Assembly: GCF_002087085.1 (NCBI RefSeq)
Contig: NZ_MWQY01000012.1
Location: 62,001-126,000 of the forward strand
DNA length: 64,000 bases
Direction: 5' to 3'
Under the pieces are notes generated by a model that had not been told where the DNA came from, did not search any database, and saw only the letters and a program-made list of their open reading frames with translations. Shown here piece by piece: positions 46,104 to 56,331 of the stretch. The translations under genes were made by a program, and so were the position numbers. The stretch's first letter is position 1. Every line of letters starts with the position of its first letter.

Positions 46104-47387
46104 ATGTACAGTTATAAAATAGAGGGGAATATCCCCTTAAAGGGGACAATAAAAGCGAGCGGCAACAAGAATGCCGCCTTGCCCTGTCTTGCAGCCTGTC
46201 TCCTGACCGATCAGCCGGTTATTTTACGGAACATTCCTGATATTGAAGACGTTTCGGTAATGCTTCAGATATTGAACACCCTTGGTGCAAAAGCGGAGCA
46301 TCGGGGAAACGGCACTGTGGCGGTCTGTTGTGCCGACACTCCCAAGTCTGAGGTTCCCGCCGACCAGGCCCGGGATATCAGGGCCTCGATTCTCTTTGCC
46401 GGTTCCCTGCTGGCACGGACCGGAAAGGTCCTGCTTCCTCCTCCCGGGGGAGACGTAATCGGCCGCAGGCGGCTGGATACCCACTTCATGGCTTTTTCGG
46501 AACTGGGAGCGCGGGTCGAGGTGGACGGAATCTTCAAGCTCACCGCCAACAAGCTGGTGGGGGCGGATCTGTTTCTGGACGAGGCCTCGGTTACGGCAAC
46601 GGAAAACGCCCTGATGGCATCGGTAACGGCGGAGGGCACCACGGTAATCCGAAACGCCGCTTCCGAGCCCCATGTTCAGGACCTCTGCAACATGCTGAAC
46701 TCCATGGGGGCTAAAATCAGCGGAATCGGTTCCAACATCCTGACCATCCAGGGGGTTAAAAAGCTTAAAGGTGCCGATTTTTCCATCGGCGCGGACTTCA
46801 TGGAGGTGGGAAGCTTTATCGGTCTTGCGGCGGTTACCCGGGGAGAGATCGAGATTCAGAATGCCAATCCCGAGCACCTGCGCATGACAAAAATCGCCTT
46901 TAACAAACTGGGAATCCACTGGGAGACCGACGGCAGCACCATCCGGGTTCCGGCGGGTCAGAATATGCGGGTCATGCCCGATCTCGGGGGTATGATTCCC
47001 CATATCGATGATGCTCCATGGCCGGGGTTTCCTGCGGACCTGACCAGCATTATTACCGTCGTTGCCACCCAGGTTGAAGGAACGGTGCTGGTTCATGAGA
47101 AGATGTTCGAATCACGGCTCTTTTTCGTGGACAAGCTTATCGGCATGGGGGCAATGATTGTGCTTTGCGATCCCCACCGGGCTGTTGTTACCGGTCCGTC
47201 CCGTCTTCGGGGTGCTGACCTTATTTCTCCCGATGTACGTGCCGGCATGGCCATGGTTCTGGCCGCCCTCTGCGCGGAGGGGACGAGCATGATACACAAT
47301 GTTTACCAGATCGAACGGGGATACGAAAATCTCTGTGACCGCCTGGCGAATCTGGGTGCGAGGATCGAGCGTATTTCCAATCGTTAA
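46104..47387 (+). CDS. murA: UDP-N-acetylglucosamine 1-carboxyvinyltransferase
   Basis: [61 protein letters not shown]. Confidence 0.95.
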   Translation: MYSYKIEGNIPLKGTIKASGNKNAALPCLAACLLTDQPVILRNIPDIEDVSVMLQILNTLGAKAEHRGNGTVAVCCADTPKSEVPADQARDIRASILFAGSLLARTGKVLLPPPGGDVIGRRRLDTHFMAFSELGARVEVDGIFKLTANKLVGADLFLDEASVTATENALMASVTAEGTTVIRNAASEPHVQDLCNMLNSMGAKISGIGSNILTIQGVKKLKGADFSIGADFMEVGSFIGLAAVTRGEIEIQNANPEHLRMTKIAFNKLGIHWETDGSTIRVPAGQNMRVMPDLGGMIPHIDDAPWPGFPADLTSIITVVATQVEGTVLVHEKMFESRLFFVDKLIGMGAMIVLCDPHRAVVTGPSRLRGADLISPDVRAGMAMVLAALCAEGTSMIHNVYQIERGYENLCDRLANLGARIERISNR

Positions 47388-47791
47388 TCTTTTCTGCGGG
47401 AGTTTATGATTCTGTCATGGGCTTCCCTGATTTTCAGGAATGCCTCCTCCGAGGTTTTTCGCTGGGCCTCGCTCAGATAAAGCCCGGTATCGGGATGAAA
47501 CTGGGACGCCAGGTTCTTGTAGACCCTTCGTACTTCCGTGAGATTCGCTTCCGGTTTGAGTCCCAGGATTTTATAGTCCTCTTCCCGGGCAGTATGGTCT
47601 TCTTTTTCCGGTGTATGCTGTTTACTCCGCGCTTTTTCCCGGGCAGCTGTGAGCTCCCGGCGCAGAAAATCAGCGTACATAAGCCCCAGTATCAGGGTAA
47701 AAATCAGGCCGAAGAGAATCGATCCGGATATCAGAAAAATCAGAGCAACCAGTAATATGGGGAGAATGGCCAGGCGCTTATACTGAATCAC
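47384..47791 (-). CDS. Membrane-anchored J-domain (DjlA-like) protein
   Basis: Two TM segments, then YKILGL...[11 protein letters not shown]...FLKIREAH (HPD motif). GTG 47791 is the likely start. Confidence 0.78.
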   Translation of the reverse strand: MIQYKRLAILPILLVALIFLISGSILFGLIFTLILGLMYADFLRRELTAAREKARSKQHTPEKEDHTAREEDYKILGLKPEANLTEVRRVYKNLASQFHPDTGLYLSEAQRKTSEEAFLKIREAHDRIINSRRKD

Positions 47792-49499
47792 TCGTGCTTT
47801 GTCCTGCAAGCAGAATAAGGCTACCGGTAAAGAGCAGTGCCTGCACAAACAGCATCGCCACGAGGCTCAGCAGGAAACCGCTCTGAAGCAGCAGGTATAA
47901 CTGCAGGAGCCGGCTGGCATAGAGATACAGGTCTGACAGAATAAAAACGACAACGGGAATCACCGGAAGCAGCAGCACATGATACCATCGGCGACCGAAA
48001 CGGGCCCGCAGGGCCCAGCCGATGGCGATGCTCAAGGTACCGAATATCAGCAGACTGAAGGGCCGCATACTCCTCATCAAAAGCTCACTCTCCACCGAAG
48101 CGGGGTGAAATCCCCGCTCTTCGTATCCCTTTCGCAGGGCAAGAAGCTCGTGAAGGTACTGCAGTTTAAGGGAGGATTCTGTCATACTGTAGCCCGGTAT
48201 CTCTGTAATCGAGGGAGAGAGAGGCTTCAGGGTTGATGGGGTTCCCCGGGGCGAGCCTTCCAGGTAGACCGGTTCATACACAAGGTCCGGAATGTTCCGG
48301 TGTATTGATTTGAGCATGATAAGCGTACCGTCGGATTCTATGATCTTTCCGGCGGGCACTGTAAAGTGGTAGATAAGGTCTCCCCGGGGTGAAATCCCGA
48401 GAAATTCGATATCAAACGCATAGGCCAGGGTTCCAAGGGACACAAAACGGTTGAAATAGACAAACTCCCGGAGCTCGGGTTCCGATTTATTCAGAAAGAA
48501 GATCCTGTGCCTCCCCGGGATGGGACGTACGTGATCGGTCTCATCGATAAAAAAGGTCTCCTGCCGTACCCGTTTCAGAGCTTCTGAGCTGAAGGTCTGT
48601 ATATCCCTGTCCAGGGGATACTCGTTAAGCAGATCCGTAAAGAGATAATAGGCCTCAATGGTATTTCCCCGGTTCAGCTGGCTGTACGCTTCGCGTTTGC
48701 GGCGGAACAGGTCCCCCGATTCCTTTGCTTCTCTGCTGAATTCTGATTCCTTGATTCTGTTCCAGGCCTCGGCGGCGACCCGTCGGGCATCTTCACGCTG
48801 GGGATCGAGCTGCATTGCCATGTCAGCGTAATAGTGGGCGGAGTAATAATCCCTGCGGGCCAGGTACTCCTGTGCTGTAGCTGTCAGTTCCCCGGCATCC
48901 TGATTCAGCATCTCCGAGCGCCTGGTTTCCGTTTCCTCAGACCTGGAAAGCCCTTCATCGTCTTCATCAAGCTCCAGGGCGGCAGCGGCTTTTTCCCGGC
49001 GCGCCGATACCTCTTCATTATCGGGATCGATGGAAAGATAATAATCGAAGTAGGGCAGCGCTTCCTCGAGCCTGTTCTGAAGGAACAGACGATCGCCCTC
49101 CTTCAGGGAGCCTTCGGCGAAGCGGGTGTTCCCTTTGTACTCTTCAAGACGTACCCTGAGGCCGGGGGCAAAACCTTCAGCGAACATGGTATAGACCGCA
49201 ACAAGAAAGATAAAAATGAGAAGCGAAGTTCCGGTTATCCGGTGGAAATTCAGGGATGAGTTGGGGGTTCCGGAGGCTTTGAAAAAGAAGCTGAAGCTGA
49301 GGAGGATTGCGGAAATTGTAACCGGCATGAATGCTTCAATTGTCCTGATGCCGGCTTCGGTGAAGACCCACTGCCACAGGTATCCGGGAAGAAGTTCCGA
49401 GGCAGGAAAATGGATAAGACCGAGGATAAAAAAACCGAGATATGCAAGGAAGTTGAAGAGCAGAATGATTAAAAGCAGGCGGCGACCGACGTTTTTCAT
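47778..49499 (-). CDS. Membrane protein with TPR-like periplasmic domain (LptF/LptG-like topology)
   Basis: Three N-terminal and three C-terminal TM segments around a helical region containing EEALPYFDYYLSIDPDNEE. Confidence 0.55.
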   Translation of the reverse strand: MKNVGRRLLLIILLFNFLAYLGFFILGLIHFPASELLPGYLWQWVFTEAGIRTIEAFMPVTISAILLSFSFFFKASGTPNSSLNFHRITGTSLLIFIFLVAVYTMFAEGFAPGLRVRLEEYKGNTRFAEGSLKEGDRLFLQNRLEEALPYFDYYLSIDPDNEEVSARREKAAAALELDEDDEGLSRSEETETRRSEMLNQDAGELTATAQEYLARRDYYSAHYYADMAMQLDPQREDARRVAAEAWNRIKESEFSREAKESGDLFRRKREAYSQLNRGNTIEAYYLFTDLLNEYPLDRDIQTFSSEALKRVRQETFFIDETDHVRPIPGRHRIFFLNKSEPELREFVYFNRFVSLGTLAYAFDIEFLGISPRGDLIYHFTVPAGKIIESDGTLIMLKSIHRNIPDLVYEPVYLEGSPRGTPSTLKPLSPSITEIPGYSMTESSLKLQYLHELLALRKGYEERGFHPASVESELLMRSMRPFSLLIFGTLSIAIGWALRARFGRRWYHVLLLPVIPVVVFILSDLYLYASRLLQLYLLLQSGFLLSLVAMLFVQALLFTGSLILLAGQSTSDSV

Positions 49500-50437
49500 C
49501 TGCCCGTCTCGTTTTCGGGGAAGCGGCGGAAAGGAATGAAGATAAGGTCCCAGAGAACAAGCACCGCTCCCGCTCCTGTGAAGATGTAGTGTATAACATC
49601 GGTTAACCTGCGCTCCGGGACAAATGCCTTGAACAGCTCCTGAGCCTCAGATCCCAACAGCAGGGCCGAGAGAAATACAACGATTCTCATGACAAAGAGC
49701 AGATAGACCGCATTCAACAGTGGCCAGGAGGTAAAGCGTCCAAAAATCCAGCAGGCGCATATCAGAAAGCCGAAGGAAGCAATAACCAGCACCGCCTGAT
49801 ATAACGATCTGCTGTAGCTGTAGGCGAAAAAAGAGCTGATCACCGTAAAATCCTGAAATATTCCTCTGATAACAGGCGGGGTCTGCAGGGCCTCGTTGAA
49901 GAAAGGATTTTTTGGTATGCGATCAAGGGATATGTTGCCCAGGCTCACCACTTTGTCGCTGACCTCCTGGATTTTCCCCGCCGTCAGGTTCAGATTACCG
50001 GAAACGGACATAATTACCCCAGGATCACCCTGAGTAAAGGATTTCTCGATGTAGACAGCCCCATCCCGGTAGGAGTGGATTTTTCCCGGGATCTCCACCG
50101 GGGAAGAAACCCGTCGCGGCAGGGGCTGATAGGGACGGAGGTACGCGATCTGCAGGAAAAGCAGGCCGGAAAAACTCAGCCAGAGAGCGATGAACATCAG
50201 CCAGGGAATACCTTTGCCTCCCTGCAGCATCAGGATCAGAATTACCAGAGCGACAAGGGATGCAGGAACCAGTACTGCGTACAGGCTGCGAAAAATAAGC
50301 CCGGCATGTTCATGCATCCCGGTAATCTGCATGGGGTTTTCGCACCAGCTGTACACATAGACGCCCAGTGTAAGTATAAAAGCGCATAACAGGTAGATGA
50401 GAAGATACTTTACAGGAATAAGAACTGTCCCTTTCAC
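49496..50437 (-). CDS. Hypothetical membrane protein
   Basis: Multi-TM ORF; stop overlaps the next start; GTG 50437 is the likely start. Confidence 0.55.
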   Translation of the reverse strand: MKGTVLIPVKYLLIYLLCAFILTLGVYVYSWCENPMQITGMHEHAGLIFRSLYAVLVPASLVALVILILMLQGGKGIPWLMFIALWLSFSGLLFLQIAYLRPYQPLPRRVSSPVEIPGKIHSYRDGAVYIEKSFTQGDPGVIMSVSGNLNLTAGKIQEVSDKVVSLGNISLDRIPKNPFFNEALQTPPVIRGIFQDFTVISSFFAYSYSRSLYQAVLVIASFGFLICACWIFGRFTSWPLLNAVYLLFVMRIVVFLSALLLGSEAQELFKAFVPERRLTDVIHYIFTGAGAVLVLWDLIFIPFRRFPENETGR

Positions 50438-50510
50438 TATGCTCACTTCGAAACGAATCGTAGCATGAGGACCGCCCCCTGACAAGCATTCAAAATGTAA
50501 TACGCACAAC

Positions 50511-50754
50511 TTATCCACATTGGATTTCTGGTACATCTACTAAGGTTTGGGAACAGAAATTTACTATTTCTTTGTATAGCGTGCAGAACTGCAATGGAGT
50601 TTTTGAAGATATGGGTTTAATTCATTATCCAGAAAGAACTTATTTGTCCTGCCGTGTTCGCCCTGTACAGGCACGCTTTCAGCAAAATGCTTATGCTGTA
50701 TGTATTTAGCTGTTATCCGGAACTTATTCAGAACTTATCCACAATCTATTCAGA
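50511..50754 (+). promoter_or_regulatory. DnaA-box cluster
   Basis: Perfect TTATCCACA at 50511 and 50735; variants TTATCCAGA 50625, TTATCCGGA 50713, TTATTCAGA 50724, CTATTCAGA 50746. All in one orientation in an AT-rich intergenic region. Confidence 0.7.
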
Positions 50755-51441
50755 TCAGCGGAGCATATAGCCCCCGGGACGGCAGGTCAGGATGACAGTA
50801 CGAACCTCCGGAGGGAGGGCTGCTTTCATTTTTTTCCGCAGTTTTGCGATATGCATGTCAATTGCCCGGGATTCTTCACGGTGGACTCCCCACAACAGGT
50901 AAGACAGCAGTTCCTTTTCCACACGCTTCTGCCGGTTTCGTACCAGGGTTCGCAGTATCGTTTCCTCCGCAGGACTCAGTATTGCACTTCCCCCGGGACC
51001 CAGACATTCGTTGTTTCTCAGACGCAGGTCTCCCCAGGGGTAATCGAGGTTGACGGCATTACGAATCTGCTGTGCTCTGGTCAACAGTTCCCGCTCGTCC
51101 CAGGGTTCCTTGAGATAATCGCTGCAGCCGGCAAGAAAACTGCCCGGAAGGCCGTAGGCGGGTCCATATACAAAAACAGCTTTTCCCGTCAGGAAAGGAA
51201 CCGATCGCAGCCAGAACAGGCAGCTGAGGGGAATTAAGTAGAGATCTATCCGTGTGTCTGTGAGGGGTTCATCACTGAAGCAGAAGGCGATTCCTCTGTT
51301 TTCGCGGGCAAACAGATTCAGTCGAAGCTCCAGTTCTTCTTCCCGGGGCGCCAGATTGACAAGAATTCCCTGGGAAACTCCTGAGAAGAAAGAGGTGTAT
51401 ACATTCTTTTCGGGGATAAGTCCGGATTGATCAGCTTTCAC
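50755..51441 (-). CDS. OmpR/PhoB-type winged-helix regulator with degenerate receiver domain
   Basis: AGCSDYLKEPW..ELLTR; LSPAEETIL; SRAIDMHIAKLRKK; RPGGYML. Confidence 0.78.
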   Translation of the reverse strand: MKADQSGLIPEKNVYTSFFSGVSQGILVNLAPREEELELRLNLFARENRGIAFCFSDEPLTDTRIDLYLIPLSCLFWLRSVPFLTGKAVFVYGPAYGLPGSFLAGCSDYLKEPWDERELLTRAQQIRNAVNLDYPWGDLRLRNNECLGPGGSAILSPAEETILRTLVRNRQKRVEKELLSYLLWGVHREESRAIDMHIAKLRKKMKAALPPEVRTVILTCRPGGYMLR

Positions 51442-51514
51442 AGGTTTTTACAAATATACTTTTTCAACATTACAATAAAATTCAAGAAAACAGGAGAACA
51501 GGTCTGTTTTTTCT

Positions 51515-52066
51515 CTATCCCAGAAATACCTGCCCTGAATTGTCGATGGCCAGAATGGTTTTGCACTCGGAGCAGCGAAAACGTCCCGATTTGGTCGCCT
51601 TGAGTTTCTTGCCGCAGATCGGGCACTGGAAAATCTTCGGAAAAACATCGGTGGAACCGCTCTTTCCATCGGAATTGAAAAAATCAACCGCTTCGTTGAG
51701 ATTGTCCTTGATGTTAAAGAACTGAGAGAAACCGAGGAGCTGAAAAACTTCGTATACCTTGGGCTGGATCTCCAGCAGGACCAGATCGCCTCCCCGGGGT
51801 TTTACCGCCTTGAGAAATGCGGTAAACGAGCCAATTCCCGTACTGGAGACATAGTTGAGACCACCGCAGTTAAAAATCAGCTTGGTATAACCGCTTTCTA
51901 CAGCCCGGGTAACTCTTTTTTGAAAGAAGTTGGAATTATAGGTGTCGATATATCCTGTAAGATACAGCACCAGACATCCGTCGACGGAGTCGACTTTCTG
52001 CAGGCGGATCTTGAGGCTGTCGTCCTTTTCGTCGTCAAAACCAGCTACAATGTCGTTATTGCTCAT
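51515..52066 (-). CDS. Anti-sigma-factor antagonist (STAS) with C-terminal zinc ribbon
   Basis: GYIDTYN, LNYVSSTGIG, VFQLLGF; CPIC...CSEC. Confidence 0.85.
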   Translation of the reverse strand: MSNNDIVAGFDDEKDDSLKIRLQKVDSVDGCLVLYLTGYIDTYNSNFFQKRVTRAVESGYTKLIFNCGGLNYVSSTGIGSFTAFLKAVKPRGGDLVLLEIQPKVYEVFQLLGFSQFFNIKDNLNEAVDFFNSDGKSGSTDVFPKIFQCPICGKKLKATKSGRFRCSECKTILAIDNSGQVFLG

Positions 52067-52293
52067 GTGACCTCTTTCATCAGAAATGGAATTCCTCAGA
52101 CTATGCTAATAGTATAGGGCTCTCCATTCTTTGTCAAATTATTACCACATATTCCCGAAATTACAAGACATTTATCAGTATTATCCGGGAATCCCTATAA
52201 TCTTTTCATCGGCTAAAGTCTGCTTCATCTTAACTGCTTACTTGACCGGTAATAAGCTAAGGACGTAAGATTATTGCAAAGGGGGAGTAACCT

Positions 52294-52770
52294 ATGCTGC
52301 GATCTGTTCTCCTTGTACTGCTGATTGCTTTATGCGGGATCTCTGTTTCGGCGGAAACTCCGTTCCAGGCGCTTTCGGATATCCTGGATCTGGAGGCTTC
52401 CCTTAAGGCCGTGAGCACCGATCCGGCTCTTATTGAGGAGCTGCGGGATAATCAGCGACTGGTACTCTTTACCGGGACCATCGCCGCCAGAAAGATAATC
52501 AACGGAGACGAGGCCGATTTTATCGGGGAACTGGAGCTGATAGATGGAGAATGGCACGGGACAAGCGCCGTCTCCATGTATAAAAGCTACCTTCGCCTCG
52601 AGGGACCCCGGTATTACGGAACGATACCCGAACGGCGAAGCCGCCGGCAGGACCCCAGGGAGATCGAAACAAACACCCGCTATCTGGTTATCGGGGAGGT
52701 TATTGATCTCCGGCGGGAGGACAGGGGGGTTTTTCCTGTCATTAATGTGATGTTTCTGCGCCGGATATAG
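52294..52770 (+). CDS. Hypothetical secreted protein
   Basis: Signal peptide (VSA|ET), GGGGAG RBS. Confidence 0.6.
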   Translation: MLRSVLLVLLIALCGISVSAETPFQALSDILDLEASLKAVSTDPALIEELRDNQRLVLFTGTIAARKIINGDEADFIGELELIDGEWHGTSAVSMYKSYLRLEGPRYYGTIPERRSRRQDPREIETNTRYLVIGEVIDLRREDRGVFPVINVMFLRRI

Positions 52771-52797
52771 TGCCTCAATCCCATGGCCCCTCCTGTA

Positions 52798-53907
52798 TCA
52801 GCTGAACAGCAGGTCTTCTCCCCGTATCAGGTCGGATTCTGCAATCAGCGCTGCCCGGGTAAGACAGGAGCTGAGCTGACGAATGTTTCCCGGCCAGTCA
52901 TAATCCAGTAAACGGTCCATTGCCCGGTGATCCAGGCGTTTATCCTTTTTTCGGAGAAGGTGGAAGGTCAGGAGGGGAATGTCCTCCTTTCGTTCCCGCA
53001 GCGGAGGGATGTGGATGGGGAGAATATTCAGGCGATAGAAGAGGTCTTCCCTGAAGCACTTTTCCGTGACCATTTCTTTCAGGTCCCGGTTGGTGGCGGC
53101 GATAAAGCGCGTATCCACGCTAACCGGTCTGTTCGAACCCAGGGGGTGAAAAACCCCCTCCTCGATAACCCGCAGCAGTTTGGCCTGATGGTCCATGGGG
53201 AGTTCTCCGATTTCGTCCAGGAAAAAACTTCCTCCGTTGCTGAGTACCAGTCCGCCCGCCCGGTCTACGGCCCCCGTGTAGGAGCCGGTTTTTGTTCCGA
53301 AAAGCTCGGACTCGATCAGGGCCGGGGGAATGGCGCCGCAGTTCCGGAAGCAGAAAGGTCCATCTCTGCGGGGTGAAAGCTTGTGAATAATCTCCGCCGC
53401 AACCCCTTTTCCCGTGCCGCTTTCGCCGCTCAGTAATACTGGCTGGTTTGAGGCGGCGAACTTTTCCATCAGCTGTTTTACCTGCCTGATTGCGGTACTT
53501 TCTCCGAGGAAGCCGTCAAATACCGAATTTTCGCCGCAACACAGGGGTTCCGTGTTTCTGCATAAAAGTTCCGTGCACAGCCTGGTTATTGTACCGGGTT
53601 GGGGCGGATCAGGAAGCCAGTCATAGGCCCCCAGCTTCAGGGCCTGTACAATCGAGTTTACCTCCGAACGGGGGGCCAGGGCCAGAATCGCCGGGGAAAA
53701 TGCCTTTCTGCGGATTTCCTTGAGAACTTTCTGCCAGTCCCGTATACCGAGATCGAGAATGACAGTGTTAAAGGATTCATGACCCCGGCAATCCTCGATG
53801 GAGCGGCACACTTCGGTACAGGAAGAGGGAGGCACCATGGCATCAATGAGGGAGGATGTAAGTGTATTGTCTGTAATAATCAGTAGTTTCAACATTTTTA
53901 ATTGCAT
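52798..53907 (-). CDS. Sigma-54-interacting AAA+ response regulator (NtrC-like), apparently lacking a C-terminal HTH
   Basis: Receiver domain; GESGTGKG, ESELFG..GSYTGA, FLDEIGE, AATNRDL, FREDLFYRL, WPGNIRQL. True start may be ATG 53895. Confidence 0.88.
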   Translation of the reverse strand: MQLKMLKLLIITDNTLTSSLIDAMVPPSSCTEVCRSIEDCRGHESFNTVILDLGIRDWQKVLKEIRRKAFSPAILALAPRSEVNSIVQALKLGAYDWLPDPPQPGTITRLCTELLCRNTEPLCCGENSVFDGFLGESTAIRQVKQLMEKFAASNQPVLLSGESGTGKGVAAEIIHKLSPRRDGPFCFRNCGAIPPALIESELFGTKTGSYTGAVDRAGGLVLSNGGSFFLDEIGELPMDHQAKLLRVIEEGVFHPLGSNRPVSVDTRFIAATNRDLKEMVTEKCFREDLFYRLNILPIHIPPLRERKEDIPLLTFHLLRKKDKRLDHRAMDRLLDYDWPGNIRQLSSCLTRAALIAESDLIRGEDLLFS

Positions 53908-54005
53908 CCATAGTACACCATAACTCGGGATTTTGCAAGTAATTGGTCAGTCCACAGCGTTTTTCTGATTGACATGGAGGCTGGCTGCACGCGAGAATAG
54001 AAACG

Positions 54006-54449
54006 ATGATCACCGAACGCCCGCTTCTCGGACTCTTTGACCGCGCCGCCATATACCGGCTTTTTTTACTTGTTCTTGCAGTTTCTCTGCTCTTTATCGC
54101 TGAAATAAGCCTCTATGCCCGGGCTTTTTCCCTCTTTTCTCTGGACCTGGTTCTGGCTGTTACAGCGGGAACCGGTTTTCTGGCCTTTTTCTGGCTCGTG
54201 CTGATGGTACGGCGACTTCTTAACCGTATCCTTAAGGAGATCCGGACGGGGGTATTTCCGGAGCAGCTTGTCGTCCGTCTTCTGGGGGTCATATCCGGGG
54301 GGCTTCTGCTGTTGCTCCCGGGCTTTATTACCGATTTCCTTGGTCTTGTGATACTCCTGAGTTTCCTCAAAAGGCTTGCCGGCAGGATACTTCTGGCTGT
54401 CTACGGAGAGAGGATCAAAGGCGCCTACGAGTATCTCAAGCTTTCCTGA
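54006..54449 (+). CDS. fxsA: FxsA-family membrane protein
   Basis: GGLLLLLPGFITDFLG motif. Confidence 0.75.
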   Translation: MITERPLLGLFDRAAIYRLFLLVLAVSLLFIAEISLYARAFSLFSLDLVLAVTAGTGFLAFFWLVLMVRRLLNRILKEIRTGVFPEQLVVRLLGVISGGLLLLLPGFITDFLGLVILLSFLKRLAGRILLAVYGERIKGAYEYLKLS

Positions 54450-55188
54450 TGCGGGCAGAGAGCATTGCGAAGCTGAAAAAAAGGTAAGCGAATCCACGCA
54501 GCGTCCGCCACGGGCGTTTCAGGAGAAGGGGCAGCACATAACGGCCTTTCTCCCAGGATTCCCGGGAGATTCTTTTCTTTTTCCCGGCAAAAATTTCAAA
54601 ACAGTCGCCGCAGTAGATGTATATTCCCTCCGAGAGTCTGTCACGGTTCTCCAGAAGCCATTTTTCCCGGCCCTTGATGCCCCGGCCGGTAAGCAGCAGG
54701 GACGGCGATGCCTTGCGAATGGCCAGAAGAATATTCTCCTCCGCCGGCCGCTTGTAATGACCCGCGCAGCGCCCCACGATATTGAGACCCGGAAAAGAGG
54801 TACGCAGGTTTGAAGTGGATATCTGGATATTACCGTGGGTTGACCCCAGAAGGTAGACCGATTTCCCGTAACGCTCCAGGCAGCCCAGAAGCTTGATAAT
54901 AAAATCAAAGGGCATGTAGGTGGCGGGTACCGGCCGTTTGAGAAAGCGGCATACCCGTCCTGTTCCGCGGGTAACGGGGATAACCAGGCTCGCTTCCTGG
55001 AGAATGCGGGCGCGCTCATGACTGTGCCGGGCCCGGATAAGGTCCCAGGTCTCCACCAGAACTATCTGGTGTTTTCCTCCCCGTTCCAGCATCTCCCTGA
55101 CTGCAGCGTCGAGGTTCTCCTCCGGCAGATCGTGTACCGGTACGGAAAGAAAATCTATGCGCCGTGTTCCGGCGACTTTAACTGCCAT
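54436..55188 (-). CDS. WecB/TagA/CpsF-family glycosyltransferase (degenerate)
   Basis: SVYLLGS, FPGLNIVG...GHY, IRKASPSLLLTG.G...EKW, FEIFAG. Confidence 0.75.
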   Translation of the reverse strand: MAVKVAGTRRIDFLSVPVHDLPEENLDAAVREMLERGGKHQIVLVETWDLIRARHSHERARILQEASLVIPVTRGTGRVCRFLKRPVPATYMPFDFIIKLLGCLERYGKSVYLLGSTHGNIQISTSNLRTSFPGLNIVGRCAGHYKRPAEENILLAIRKASPSLLLTGRGIKGREKWLLENRDRLSEGIYIYCGDCFEIFAGKKKRISRESWEKGRYVLPLLLKRPWRTLRGFAYLFFSFAMLSARIRKA

Positions 55189-55925
55189 CTCCCTGACTCC
55201 CGCAGAATAGTCTGTACCGCCGCGACAGCGTAGATGGCCGCGGTTTCGGCCCGGAGTACGCTGTCTCCCAGGTAGATCGAATCATAATGCAAGGAAGAGA
55301 AAAGTTCCAGTTCCTTATGGGAAAATCCGCCCTCAGGGCCGATCAGAAGCCCGATCCTGCCGGATGTGTTCTGCAACAGTCCGTGCAGACCAGAATCCCC
55401 CAGGGGTTTCTCGTGAAAAAAAAGGACCGTATCCAGGTCCCTGGTAGTTGCTTTCAGGTCTTTGTGCCTTATGGGGAGCAGTATTTCCGGGGGGATCCCT
55501 GTTCCGCTCTGCTGCAGAGCTTCCCTGGCGACTTTTTTCCAGCGTTCCTGTTTACGCCGGAAGTCCCCGGGCTCGAGCCTGACGCTGGAATGATCACTTA
55601 GAAAAGGGACAATCCTGCGCACACCGCATTCCGTTGCCTGCCGCACAACCTGGTCCATCTTTTTCCCCCTGGGGATACCAAGGATGAGACTCAGCTGGAA
55701 GTCCGCCTCCGGTACTTTTTTGTTCTGCGGACGAATCTTCACAGAGGTGCTTTCGCTGTCCATGGACAATATGCAGCAGTCAAAGCGTCTGCCGGCGCTG
55801 TCGAGGGCCGGAAATTCGATTCCGGGACTCAGGCGCAGCACCCTGCTCAGATAATGGTGTTCCCCGCCGGTCAGAACGAGGTCCTCCTCGCCGGACCAGG
55901 AGGGGGGCAGCACAAACTGGCGCAT
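55155..55925 (-). CDS. rsmE: 16S rRNA m3U1498 methyltransferase
   Basis: HHYLSRVLRL, QATECGV, EALQQSG, IGPEGGFS, LGDSVLRAETA. Confidence 0.93.
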   Translation of the reverse strand: MRQFVLPPSWSGEEDLVLTGGEHHYLSRVLRLSPGIEFPALDSAGRRFDCCILSMDSESTSVKIRPQNKKVPEADFQLSLILGIPRGKKMDQVVRQATECGVRRIVPFLSDHSSVRLEPGDFRRKQERWKKVAREALQQSGTGIPPEILLPIRHKDLKATTRDLDTVLFFHEKPLGDSGLHGLLQNTSGRIGLLIGPEGGFSHKELELFSSLHYDSIYLGDSVLRAETAAIYAVAAVQTILRESGRWQLKSPEHGA

Positions 55926-56329
55926 CAGGCAGATGGTATAAGCTGTACAAATACCGAGCGGTTCCGGGGACCGTCAAACTCGGTCAGATAGATTCCCTGC
56001 CAGGTCCCCAGGGTCAGTCTGCCGTCGTGTACCGGAATCGAAACGCTGGGGCCCATCATGCTGGTCTTGATGTGGGCTGCGGAATTGCCCTCCGCATGGG
56101 CGTAGCCGTCCTGAAAGGGGACAATCCTGTTCAGTTCCATCAGCATGTCCCGCTGTACGTCGGGGTCGGCGGCCTCGTTTATCGTAACTCCGCAGGTGGT
56201 GTGGGGGATGTAGACGAGGCAGATCCCCTCCCGGAGACCTGCGTCGGCGACAATCCGTTTTACCTGGCTGCTGATATCCATGAATACGGTCTGCCCGGTG
56301 GTTTTTATCTTGAAATTGATAAAAGACAT
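55925..56329 (-). CDS. yjbQ: YjbQ/UPF0047 family protein
   Basis: PHTTCGVTINE.ADPDV, HAEGNSAAHIK, LGTWQGIYLTEFDGPR.R. Confidence 0.92.
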   Translation of the reverse strand: MSFINFKIKTTGQTVFMDISSQVKRIVADAGLREGICLVYIPHTTCGVTINEAADPDVQRDMLMELNRIVPFQDGYAHAEGNSAAHIKTSMMGPSVSIPVHDGRLTLGTWQGIYLTEFDGPRNRSVFVQLIPSA

Positions 56330-56331
56330 AA

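Noticed and set aside
50668..50684. Sigma-54 -24/-12-like motif (AGGCACGCTTTCAGCA)
   Set aside because: Imperfect at both elements, and it points into the 3' end of a minus-strand gene with no plus-strand target.
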